The translations under genes and the position numbers were made by a program. A stretch of DNA of 64,000 nt from Bacteroidales bacterium (lineage in GTDB: Bacteria; Bacteroidota; Bacteroidia; Bacteroidales; VadinHA17), in the NCBI GenBank assembly GCA_003141525.1, contig PLML01000004.1:787-64786 (forward strand). The letters run 5' to 3'. Positions within the stretch are counted from its first letter, which is position 1. Each line of letters starts with the position of its first letter. The notes below the pieces were generated by a model that ran no database searches, had not been told where the DNA came from, and saw only the letters and a list, made by a program, of their open reading frames with translations. Positions 54,691 through 63,090 of the stretch are shown here, piece after piece.

Positions 54691-55629
54691 ATGAATAAAA
54701 GCTTAATCCTAACTTTTCATAATGTATTAAATAGAAGCTGGTTTGAAAAGGTAATCACCTATTTAAAGTCGAATTATAGATTAGTAGATTCAGAATGCCT
54801 GGAGATGGCCTTTCCCAACAAAGTTGTAATGAAAAATCTATGCCATATTACATTTGACGATGGGGAAAAGTCATTCTATAATATAGCTTTTCCAATATTA
54901 AAAAAGTATCATGTTCCGGCTACAATATTTGTATCACCATCTATAATTACTTCCGGTGACAATTTCTGGTTTCAGGAAGTTAGCGATTACAATGAGAAAA
55001 TAATTAAACGGATTTTGTCAGAAGAGCTGAATATTCAAATAGAAATTATTAGAAACATAAACCATTTAAACGTTTTCAAGTGCTTGCCTATATCAGAAAT
55101 ACATAGAATCATATCTATTTATCGTGCAGAAACAAAATCTCAAAAAAGATTTTCTCAAAACATGTCTTTAACCGAAACAATTGAGGTTCAAGAATCAGGA
55201 TTAGTTACTATCGGAGCTCATACATTAAACCATCCGATTTTAAGTAATGAAACCGATGATATAAGTTATCATGAAATAACCAATTCCATAAAAATGCTTC
55301 AGGAACTTTTAGGTATTAATATCAAGCATTTCGCATATCCAAATGGTATTCCAGATCTGGATTTTAGCAAAAGAGAAATAATTTATCTTCAAAAAAATTA
55401 TATTTCTATGGCATTTTCTTCTGAATCTAAATTTATGACTACCTCTGATGACATATATAGTTTACCACGAATAGGGCTAACATATGGTAATATGACATTT
55501 ATCAAACTAAAATTATTAATGGGTGATAAGTGGGAATCAATAAAGTCAATTAAAAATTCAACTGAAGTAAAAAACAGAAAATTGATTCTATTACAATTAA
55601 GTGAAAAGAAACTAACTTCTGCAAACTGA
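54691..55629 (+). CDS. polysaccharide deacetylase (NodB homology)
   Basis: HITFDDGEKSFYNIAFPILKKYHVPATIFV and GAHTLNHPIL. Confidence 0.8.
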   Translation: MNKSLILTFHNVLNRSWFEKVITYLKSNYRLVDSECLEMAFPNKVVMKNLCHITFDDGEKSFYNIAFPILKKYHVPATIFVSPSIITSGDNFWFQEVSDYNEKIIKRILSEELNIQIEIIRNINHLNVFKCLPISEIHRIISIYRAETKSQKRFSQNMSLTETIEVQESGLVTIGAHTLNHPILSNETDDISYHEITNSIKMLQELLGINIKHFAYPNGIPDLDFSKREIIYLQKNYISMAFSSESKFMTTSDDIYSLPRIGLTYGNMTFIKLKLLMGDKWESIKSIKNSTEVKNRKLILLQLSEKKLTSAN

Positions 55630-55674
55630 AAATCAAGCATTAAGTAGTCCTTTACTGATATAGGGATTAAGATA

Positions 55675-56745
55675 ATGAATAGCAAAAAAAAAATTCTGTT
55701 TGTGAATGGCAATCAGTTCGGCTACTCCAGCGGGCACTATTATTATTGTAAATATTTAAAGGACAAATTTGAAATTGAATACATTTGTTATGATCGTGGT
55801 TTTAAGAAAATGATTATGGAAGGGGTCAGGGTTTTGTATGTTCCTTTCCTTAAAAATAAGTCAAGAAGGGTAATAAACTTTATTCGCATTTCAGTCTCAC
55901 GGTCTAAAGAATTACAGCCAGATGCATTGTTTGTTGTATACTTTAATTTTAGTTTCATACTTGCCTTATTTTGTTCAGCGAAGCTAAAACTGTTAGATAT
56001 TCGTACAGGCTCATTAGCACATTTTAGTATTTATCGGATCCTTGAAAATACATTTCTTTATGTTCAGAATATGTTTTATCCGAAGGTATTAATTTTATCT
56101 GAAAGTTTAAGAAAACGGTTGCATATCAGAAGAGAGAAAACGATTATAATGCCACTAGGTTCAGAGATTTATTATTCTGGGATTCACGACTTTAGTTCAG
56201 TGAGCTTATTATATGTTGGCGGTCTCGCAAGAAAAATAAATCAAACAATAGAAGGTATTGAGATTTTTCTTAGAAATTATCCTGAGTATAAACCATATTT
56301 GACTTATACAATTGTAGGCTACGGCAGCCCTTTGGATGAAAAAGAAATAACAGATACCATTTTAAAATGTAATTTAAAGTCATTTATTTCTTATGACGGA
56401 ATTAAAAATTATGAAGAATTGGCACCATATTTTCAAACACACAATTTTGGTGTTGCATATGTGCCCATAACAAAGTATTTTGATATTCAACCAACAACTA
56501 AGATATTTGAATATGCATTATCAGGATTATTCACTATTGCCACTGATACTTATGAAAACAGGAGAATAATAAATAAGACTAACGGAATTCTTTGTGAAGA
56601 TAATCCTCATTCATTTGCAGAAGCGTTGAAGACTTGCTTTGAGTTAAGACCTACTTTTAATTCCGAAACTATCAGAAATTCTCTTAAAGATAACGAGTGG
56701 AGAATATTAGTCCAATCCCAATTGTATCCGTTTATTTACAAATAG
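55675..56745 (+). CDS. GT4-like glycosyltransferase
   Basis: It has GT-B layout. The C-terminal FGVAYVPITKYFDIQPTTKIFEYALSGLFTIATD is EX7E-like. Confidence 0.6.
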   Translation: MNSKKKILFVNGNQFGYSSGHYYYCKYLKDKFEIEYICYDRGFKKMIMEGVRVLYVPFLKNKSRRVINFIRISVSRSKELQPDALFVVYFNFSFILALFCSAKLKLLDIRTGSLAHFSIYRILENTFLYVQNMFYPKVLILSESLRKRLHIRREKTIIMPLGSEIYYSGIHDFSSVSLLYVGGLARKINQTIEGIEIFLRNYPEYKPYLTYTIVGYGSPLDEKEITDTILKCNLKSFISYDGIKNYEELAPYFQTHNFGVAYVPITKYFDIQPTTKIFEYALSGLFTIATDTYENRRIINKTNGILCEDNPHSFAEALKTCFELRPTFNSETIRNSLKDNEWRILVQSQLYPFIYK

Positions 56746-57705
56746 TTGAAAATATTGATTGTCAGCAGCGGTAATGCCGGACAAGTTTCTCCTTTTGTTC
56801 AGGAGCAGGTTGAATCTGTCAAAAAATTAGGAATAGAATTTGAATATTATAATGTGCTGGGCAGGGGGTTTTCAGGATACCTTAAGAATGTAAAAACGTT
56901 AAAAAGCAAAATAAGATCTTATCAACCTGATATAATCCATGCACATTATGGATTGTCCGGATTACTTTCACTTCTGACAAAAGGGAGAAAGCCACTGATA
57001 ACAACTTTTCACGGGAATGATATTAATACTTTGCATCCGTTAAATAATTCAAAACCGAACTGGAATAAAATTCTTTCAGGAATAGTACACATTGGAGATA
57101 ATCATTCGATTTTTGTTACCAGTGATATAGCAAACCAGATCAAAGCTAAACCGATTAAATCTGATGTCATACCATGCCAGGTAAACCTGGATATTTTTTA
57201 TCCGATGGATAAAGCTGTTGCCCGAAAACAATTGATCCTTTCTCCTTCAAAACGATATGTTCTTTTTTCCTCTTCTTTCTTAACCCCAATAAAGAATTAC
57301 CCTTTGGCTAAGAAGGCCTGTCTTCATTTTGACAACCTTGAGCTAATTGAGTTAAGCGGATTTACACGGGAAGAAGTCAACCTGTTATTGAATGCCTGCG
57401 ATTTGGCACTAATTACATCATATAATGAGGGCTCATGCCAGTTTTTGAAAGAAGCGATGGCCTGTAATCGTCCGATCGTCAGTACAAAAGTAGGAGATTC
57501 TGAATGGATATTCGGAAAGACAGAAGGATGCTATCTTACGGGGTCTGTCCCGGAAGATGTTATAATCAATATAAAGAAAGCCCTGGATTTTAGCGAGACG
57601 AAAGGTCAAACTAATGGCCGGGATCGAATAATCGAATTAGGATTAGATTCGGAAACAATAGCCAGGAGGGTTTTTGAAGTGTATAAGAAAGTAATGTCAA
57701 TCTAA
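56746..57705 (+). CDS. GT4-like glycosyltransferase
   Basis: MKILIVSSGN and LALITSYNEGSCQFLKEAMACNRPIVSTKVGD. The start is TTG. Confidence 0.65.
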   Translation: MKILIVSSGNAGQVSPFVQEQVESVKKLGIEFEYYNVLGRGFSGYLKNVKTLKSKIRSYQPDIIHAHYGLSGLLSLLTKGRKPLITTFHGNDINTLHPLNNSKPNWNKILSGIVHIGDNHSIFVTSDIANQIKAKPIKSDVIPCQVNLDIFYPMDKAVARKQLILSPSKRYVLFSSSFLTPIKNYPLAKKACLHFDNLELIELSGFTREEVNLLLNACDLALITSYNEGSCQFLKEAMACNRPIVSTKVGDSEWIFGKTEGCYLTGSVPEDVIINIKKALDFSETKGQTNGRDRIIELGLDSETIARRVFEVYKKVMSI

Positions 57706-59529
57706 ATGTGCGGAATCTGCGGAATCATTAACCTGAACAAACAACCTGTAGATGAGTCAAAGCTTCATCTTATGATGAGGACTATGAAGCATCGCGGCCC
57801 TGATGATGAAGGTGTGTTTGCTAAAGATTACATAGGACTTGGTTTCGTAAGGTTAAGCATTCTTGATCTGTCCTCTGCCGGTCATCAACCGATGGTTTCA
57901 AAAGATGGGCGATATGTTATTGTATTGAATGGAGAGATATTCAACTATATTGAACTCAGAGAGGAGCTGAAAGATTTTTATCTATTCACCAGCAACTCCG
58001 ATACTGAAGTGTTGCTGGCTTCTTATATGAAATGGAGGGAACACTGTTTAGACAGACTAAATGGCATGTTCGCTTTTGCCATTTTAGATACTACCACAAA
58101 CGAATTCTTTGCAGCAAGAGACCGTTTCGGAATCAAACCCTTTTACTATTATCAGGATCAAAATCAGTTTATATTTGCTTCTGACATTCCTCCGATACTC
58201 AAGATCGTAGAGCATAAAAGGGAACCTGAAAATTCAGTTATCTTTGATTACCTTGTTTTTAACCGCACCAATCACAGCGGGAAAACATTTTTCAGAAGCA
58301 TACAAAAACTTCAGCATGGGCATACTCTGAAAGTTAAATCGGGATTAGTCAATATAAGTCGCTGGTATAATTTACCTGATCAGATTTCTCAATATAAATC
58401 CTTTCGGTTTAATGAAAAGGATTTCCTCGAAGAATTTAAGAATTCCATAAATCTTCAGTTAAGAAGCGATGTGCCGGTAGGTACATGCCTGAGTGGCGGA
58501 TTGGATTCTTCAGCAATAACCTCACTTGTGCTGAATAATAAGCAGGATGTTGATTTACACTCATTTTCGGCTGTCTACCAGAAGGGCCAGAAAGGTGATG
58601 AATCGGAATACATTGCTGAATTCAAAGAGAAAAATCTTAAGATCCATTATACCTTTCCATCCGATAATACATTGCTGGAAGATTTAAATAATTTCATTAT
58701 GTCCTTGTCAGAACCTGTTCCAACGACCTCAATTTATGCGGAATATAAGGTGATGGAGCTGGCGAAAAATCATTGTACTGTACTTTTAAATGGTCAGGGA
58801 GCCGATGAATTATTGGCTGGCTATCATTATTTTTACGGATACTATTTCAGAGATCTTGTCAATAGTAATTCCTGGGGAAAGTTTTTGAATGAATTATTTC
58901 AATACATAAGAACACAAAGATCGGTTTATGGTCTTAAAACATTAGTCTTTTCGATTAATCCACGCTCTTTAAGACACTTTAAAAAGCATGATTTCCTGGA
59001 TCAGGCATTTTATAATAATTTTTACAATAAAAGTAATTCCCTGCTTGATGATTTTTATAAATCAAAAAGCCTGAAAGAATTTTTAATAAATCATTTTGAA
59101 TATAAGTTTGAGCATAATTTGTTATGGGCAGATAAAACAGGAATGCAGTTTTCTTTAGAAACCCGATTCCCGTTTCTGGACCATAATCTGGTAGAAAAAA
59201 CATTATCCATCCCAACAGAAAATTATATCAAAAATGGATACACTAAGGTGATAATGAGAAATGCACTAAAAGGAATATTACCGGAAAAGATCAGGATGAG
59301 AAAAGATAAAGTAGGTTTTTCCACACCTGAATCAGATTGGTTTAAAAATAGGAAACTTCAGGCTATTCTCGAAGATGTCATTGAATCTGACTCATTTAAA
59401 GGAAGGGGTTATTTTGATGTTAAACAATGTAAAAAAGAATTTAAATCGTTTCAGAATTATCATAAATACAATCCGGAATTTTGGAAATGGATAAATCTGG
59501 AACTATGGTTCAGAACTTTTATTGATTAG
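57706..59529 (+). CDS. asnB: asparagine synthase (glutamine-hydrolysing) family amidotransferase
   Basis: MCGICGI is the Ntn nucleophile and LSGGLDSS is the PP-loop. Length 607 aa. Confidence 0.9.
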   Translation: MCGICGIINLNKQPVDESKLHLMMRTMKHRGPDDEGVFAKDYIGLGFVRLSILDLSSAGHQPMVSKDGRYVIVLNGEIFNYIELREELKDFYLFTSNSDTEVLLASYMKWREHCLDRLNGMFAFAILDTTTNEFFAARDRFGIKPFYYYQDQNQFIFASDIPPILKIVEHKREPENSVIFDYLVFNRTNHSGKTFFRSIQKLQHGHTLKVKSGLVNISRWYNLPDQISQYKSFRFNEKDFLEEFKNSINLQLRSDVPVGTCLSGGLDSSAITSLVLNNKQDVDLHSFSAVYQKGQKGDESEYIAEFKEKNLKIHYTFPSDNTLLEDLNNFIMSLSEPVPTTSIYAEYKVMELAKNHCTVLLNGQGADELLAGYHYFYGYYFRDLVNSNSWGKFLNELFQYIRTQRSVYGLKTLVFSINPRSLRHFKKHDFLDQAFYNNFYNKSNSLLDDFYKSKSLKEFLINHFEYKFEHNLLWADKTGMQFSLETRFPFLDHNLVEKTLSIPTENYIKNGYTKVIMRNALKGILPEKIRMRKDKVGFSTPESDWFKNRKLQAILEDVIESDSFKGRGYFDVKQCKKEFKSFQNYHKYNPEFWKWINLELWFRTFID

Positions 59530-59540
59530 GGAAGAAGTTA

Positions 59541-59604
59541 ATAAAGTACTTAAAGTACTTAAAGTGAGCTAAAGTAAATAGTGCTTAGAGTGAGTTAAAG
59601 TTAA
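59541..59604. repeat. left arm H (AAAGTACTT/AAAGTGAG units)
   Basis: The sequence ataaagtacttaaagtacttaaagtgagctaaagtaaatagtgcttagagtgagttaaagttaa. Confidence 0.75.
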
Positions 59605-59625
59605 TTATATTTAAAGTTTAGAGAA

Positions 59626-59985
59626 ATGGATAATAAAGAGTTTGGCAGGCAGCTAGAAAACAGAACAAAAAAGTTTGCAATTTGTGTTATAAGATTATCC
59701 GCGGCTTTACCAAATACTACGGAAGGGAAAGTCATTAGGAATCAATTTACAAAATCCGGAACAAGCATAGGAGCAAACTATAGAGAAGCTAACAGAGCCA
59801 GAAGCAAAGCAGATTTCTTTAGTAAAATAAAAATATGTGAAAGTGAGTCAAGTGAGACAGCGTACTGGTTAGAGATAATCCATGAGTTAAACTGGGTTGA
59901 AAACAACAAAACTGAAGAACTTCTTGCCGAAGCAAATGAACTGCTTGCAATTTTTACCTCAGCAGGTAAAACTTTAAAACTTTAA
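59626..59985 (+). CDS. four-helix-bundle protein (23S rRNA IVS protein family), GANYRE subtype, intact
   Basis: FAICVIRLSAALP and SGTSIGANYREANRARSKADFFSKIKICESESSETAYWLEII. This shows the uninterrupted target motif. Confidence 0.85.
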   Translation: MDNKEFGRQLENRTKKFAICVIRLSAALPNTTEGKVIRNQFTKSGTSIGANYREANRARSKADFFSKIKICESESSETAYWLEIIHELNWVENNKTEELLAEANELLAIFTSAGKTLKL

Positions 59986-60010
59986 GTACTTTAGTCACTC
60001 TAGTCACTTC
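59971..60010. repeat. right arm H
   Basis: The sequence actttaaaactttaagtactttagtcactctagtcacttc overlaps the last codons of the gene. Confidence 0.75.
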
Positions 60011-60015
60011 CTTTT

Positions 60016-60627
60016 ATGATCACTATTATTGATTACGGAATGGGCAACCTGAAGTCTGTTAAGAGAAAGATGGACAGAATAGGAGTAAAATCAATAATTT
60101 CATCGGATCCGGAAGAGATAAAAAAAAGTGATAGAATAATTTTACCCGGAGTTGGTCACTTTGCCAGAGCTGTTTCAGAAATTAAAAAGAGAGGATTATG
60201 GGATCTGCTTACGGAGCAGGTTTTAATGGAAAAGAAGTTAGTTCTAGGTATTTGTCTTGGCATGCAATTAATGGCAAAACACAGTGAAGAAGGCGATGCA
60301 GAGGGATTTGGATGGATCGATGCAAATGTCATAAGATTTAAAGTCTCTGATATAACAAAATACAAAGTCCCGCATATGGGTTGGAATACGATAATGCCGG
60401 TTAGAGATTCTTCATTATTTGAAAAGATAACTTTGGATTCAGAATTCTATTTCGTTCATAGCTATCATGTAAAATGCAATAATCCGGATGATATTTTAGC
60501 CGAAACTAACTATGACTTTTCTTTTACTTCTGTGTTTCAAACAGAAAACATTTTTGGCGTACAATTCCATCCTGAAAAAAGCCATGATGCCGGGGAAATG
60601 CTATTGAGAAATTTTGTTAATTTGTGA
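60016..60627 (+). CDS. HisH-like glutamine amidotransferase (LPS-locus paralog, WbuY-type)
   Basis: IIDYGMGNL, GICLGMQL (catalytic Cys) and FGVQFHPEKS. Confidence 0.85.
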   Translation: MITIIDYGMGNLKSVKRKMDRIGVKSIISSDPEEIKKSDRIILPGVGHFARAVSEIKKRGLWDLLTEQVLMEKKLVLGICLGMQLMAKHSEEGDAEGFGWIDANVIRFKVSDITKYKVPHMGWNTIMPVRDSSLFEKITLDSEFYFVHSYHVKCNNPDDILAETNYDFSFTSVFQTENIFGVQFHPEKSHDAGEMLLRNFVNL

Positions 60628-60659
60628 ATGGTGATTTGTAACTAGTAATTGGTAACTGG
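60628..60659. repeat. arm I-left (GGTGATT/AATTGGTAA units)
   Basis: The sequence atggtgatttgtaactagtaattggtaactgg starts on the base after the hisH-like stop. Confidence 0.75.
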
Positions 60660-60720
60660 TTTCCCTTAATAATATTCACTCTTTCATTAAAAATTTCTCT
60701 TTTAAAAAATAAAGGTTTTG

Positions 60721-60786
60721 TCGCCAATCACTAATTACCAATTACTATTCACCAATTACTATTCACTAATCACAAATCACTAAAGT
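60721..60786. repeat. arm I-right, copy 1
   Basis: tcgccaatcactaattaccaattactattcaccaattactattcactaatcacaaatcactaaag is the reverse-complement match to 60628-60659, with an internal 14-nt duplication. Confidence 0.75.
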
Positions 60787-60787
60787 T

Positions 60788-61141
60788 ATGAAAACCCATA
60801 AAGATTTAGACGTTTGGAATTATTCAATTGATCTTGTTACGGAATTATATCAAATTACTGCTAAATTCCCAAAAGAAGAAACCTATGGTTTATCTTCGCA
60901 GATGAGAAGAGCTGCAGTTTCAATACCTTCAAATATTGCAGAAGGGGCAGCACGAAATCACAAAAATGAATTTCGCCAGTTTCTTTATATTTCCCTTTCA
61001 AGCGCCGCTGAACTTGAAACTCAACTTATTATTTCAGAAAGACTTTCATATATCTCAAAAAACCAAAATGAAAATCTTATTGATAAACTTAACACTATAT
61101 CCCGAATGCTCCAGGGTCTAATCAAATCAATAAATCACTAA
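60788..61141 (+). CDS. four-helix-bundle protein (23S rRNA IVS protein family), NIAEG subtype, intact
   Basis: DLDVWNYSIDLV, RRAAVSIPSNIAEGAARNHKNEFRQFLYISLSSAAELETQL. Confidence 0.9.
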   Translation: MKTHKDLDVWNYSIDLVTELYQITAKFPKEETYGLSSQMRRAAVSIPSNIAEGAARNHKNEFRQFLYISLSSAAELETQLIISERLSYISKNQNENLIDKLNTISRMLQGLIKSINH

Positions 61142-61167
61142 TCACCAATCACCAATCACCAATCACC
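61133..61167. repeat. arm I-right, copy 2
   Basis: The sequence aatcactaatcaccaatcaccaatcaccaatcacc ends 3 nt before the hisF-like ATG. Confidence 0.75.
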
Positions 61168-61170
61168 GTA

Positions 61171-61941
61171 ATGTATCGTCCCCGCATTATCCCGGTTTTA
61201 TTATTACAAAAAAAAGGGTTAGTTAAGTCGGTTAATTTTAAAAACCACCGCTATATTGGAGATCCTATTAATGCTGTAAGGATTTTTAATGATTTAAAGG
61301 CTGATGAGTTGGTTTTTATTGATATACTTGCAACAAAAGAAAATCGAACAATTTCAGTTGATTTTGTTAAAAATGTTGGGGAAGAGGCTAATATGCCGTT
61401 TTCGGCGGGAGGCGGTATCAGGTCTCTTGAAGATATCAGAAAAATAATTGAAGCCGGAGCAGAAAAAGTGATATTAAACTCCATCGCCGGAGAAAATCCG
61501 GGTTTTGTTAAAGAAGCAGCTGATGCATTTGGATCATCCACCATTACAGTTTGTATCGATGTTAAAAAAGATTTTTTGGGGAAAGAGAAAGTTTGGATTA
61601 AGGCTGGCTCAAAATCTTTAGCTTCAAATCCTGTCCAATATGCAAGGTACATGGAGGATAGAGGCGCTGGAGAGCTGATTATTCAATCCATTGAGCGCGA
61701 TGGCACAATGGACGGTTATGACATCAATTTAATAAAGAAAGTTGCTGAATCAGTCACTATCCCGGTTGTTTCCCTTGGAGGAGCCGGTAAATGGGAACAT
61801 ATTATTGAACTTAATTCTTTAGTTTCATTAAACGGACTTGCTGCGGGCAGCCTGTTTATTTATCATGGAGAACGCAACGCGATTTTAGTTAACTACCCGG
61901 AAAAAGAATCAATACTACAGCTATTTAAAAAAAGCTCCTGA
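61171..61941 (+). CDS. HisF-like cyclase subunit (LPS-locus paralog, WbuZ-type)
   Basis: RIIPVLLL, ADELVFIDI and FSAGGGIRS are TIM-barrel HisF motifs. Confidence 0.85.
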   Translation: MYRPRIIPVLLLQKKGLVKSVNFKNHRYIGDPINAVRIFNDLKADELVFIDILATKENRTISVDFVKNVGEEANMPFSAGGGIRSLEDIRKIIEAGAEKVILNSIAGENPGFVKEAADAFGSSTITVCIDVKKDFLGKEKVWIKAGSKSLASNPVQYARYMEDRGAGELIIQSIERDGTMDGYDINLIKKVAESVTIPVVSLGGAGKWEHIIELNSLVSLNGLAAGSLFIYHGERNAILVNYPEKESILQLFKKSS

Positions 61942-63086
61942 TGAAACAGAGATGTGTTATAGGTTTATGGGACGAAACTGTTCCCGGGATAAAGTTTGAT
62001 GAAAAAGGAGTATCAAACTATGCAAAGATGTTTCTGAAATTTATAGAACTCTATCCCCGTGGAGAAAAAGGTTTAGCAGAGTGGGAAGAATGGTTAAAAA
62101 GGATAAAAAGGGATGGAAAGAATAAGAAATATGATTGCATTGTTGGTGTTAGCGGAGGAACTGATAGCTGCTATTTGTTGTATTTAGCAAAAAAGTATGG
62201 ACTCAGACCATTGGCAGTTAATTTAGACAATGGTTTCAGCAGCAAGACTGCAGTAGAAAATATAAAAAAAGTTACAAATGCTTTAAAAATTGACCTTGAA
62301 ACTTTTGTAATAGACTATGAGGAAGTAAAAGCGGTTCTCAGAGCATATATAAAAGCTTCTTTACCCTGGATTGACGGACCGACTGATCTCGCAATTAAAG
62401 CGGCTTTATATCAGGTAGCCGACAGAGAAAGAGTAAAATATATTTTTAACGGGAGCGATTTCAGAACTGAAGGTAAACAGCCGACAGAATGGACCTATTC
62501 TGATGCCAGGCAATTATTGTATCTCCTTAAAAAATTTGAAAAAATAAAACTTAATTCTTTCCCTTACTATACGATCATCCAGTTTATAAGATTTGGATAT
62601 TTGAAAAAAATTAAGATGTTGCGTCCTTACTACTATTTAGATTATGAAAAAAGAAAGGCCCAGGAATTCCTTAAAAATGAATATGGGTGGGAGTATTATG
62701 GCGGCCACCATCATGAGAACATATTTACCAGGTTTGCAATATCATATTGGTTACCTCAAAAGTTTGGTATTGATAAGAGAGTAATAACCCTTTCAGCGCT
62801 GGTGATGAATGACGAAATATCAAGAGACCAGGCTTTGGATGAATTGAAACAAGATCCATACAATGCAGGTGAAATGCAATATGATAAAGAGTATGTATTG
62901 AAAAAACTGGAAATGACAAATGAGGAATTTGAGGAGTGTTTTTCAAAACCTAATAAATATTATTATGATTATCCTTCTTATATGAAATTGTTAAAAACAT
63001 TCAATAAATTATCAATATCAGGTATTAAGAAAATACTGCCCTTCACACCATCCATTTTTATTGAAAGTCAAAACAGAGTGGATTAA
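61941..63086 (+). CDS. N-acetyl sugar amidotransferase (PP-loop ATPase, WbuX/TIGR03573-like)
   Basis: The N-terminal C-rich start is followed by IVGVSGGTDSCYLLYL (PP-loop SGGxDS). It is coupled to the HisH/HisF paralogs. Confidence 0.8.
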   Translation: MKQRCVIGLWDETVPGIKFDEKGVSNYAKMFLKFIELYPRGEKGLAEWEEWLKRIKRDGKNKKYDCIVGVSGGTDSCYLLYLAKKYGLRPLAVNLDNGFSSKTAVENIKKVTNALKIDLETFVIDYEEVKAVLRAYIKASLPWIDGPTDLAIKAALYQVADRERVKYIFNGSDFRTEGKQPTEWTYSDARQLLYLLKKFEKIKLNSFPYYTIIQFIRFGYLKKIKMLRPYYYLDYEKRKAQEFLKNEYGWEYYGGHHHENIFTRFAISYWLPQKFGIDKRVITLSALVMNDEISRDQALDELKQDPYNAGEMQYDKEYVLKKLEMTNEEFEECFSKPNKYYYDYPSYMKLLKTFNKLSISGIKKILPFTPSIFIESQNRVD

Positions 63087-63090
63087 TCAA

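Noticed and set aside
972-61141. Are the four-helix genes sitting in real 23S rRNA intervening sequences?
   Set aside because: I saw no rRNA-like sequence next to any of them. The flanks are protein-coding polysaccharide genes, so only the architecture is IVS-like, not the location.
972-61141. Diversity-generating retroelement or retron (Avd-like fold, inverted repeats)
   Set aside because: There is no reverse transcriptase ORF. I noticed no template/variable repeat pair with adenine-specific differences and no msr/msd-like unit.
434-62946. All minus-strand ORFs in the track (for example 434-625, 3101-3301, 6064-6351, 29417-29773, 45953-46261, 61251-61652)
   Set aside because: Each lies entirely inside a longer + strand gene that has clear family motifs. 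Their translations are low-complexity or hydrophobic with no recognisable domain. They are typical antisense ORFs in AT-rich DNA.
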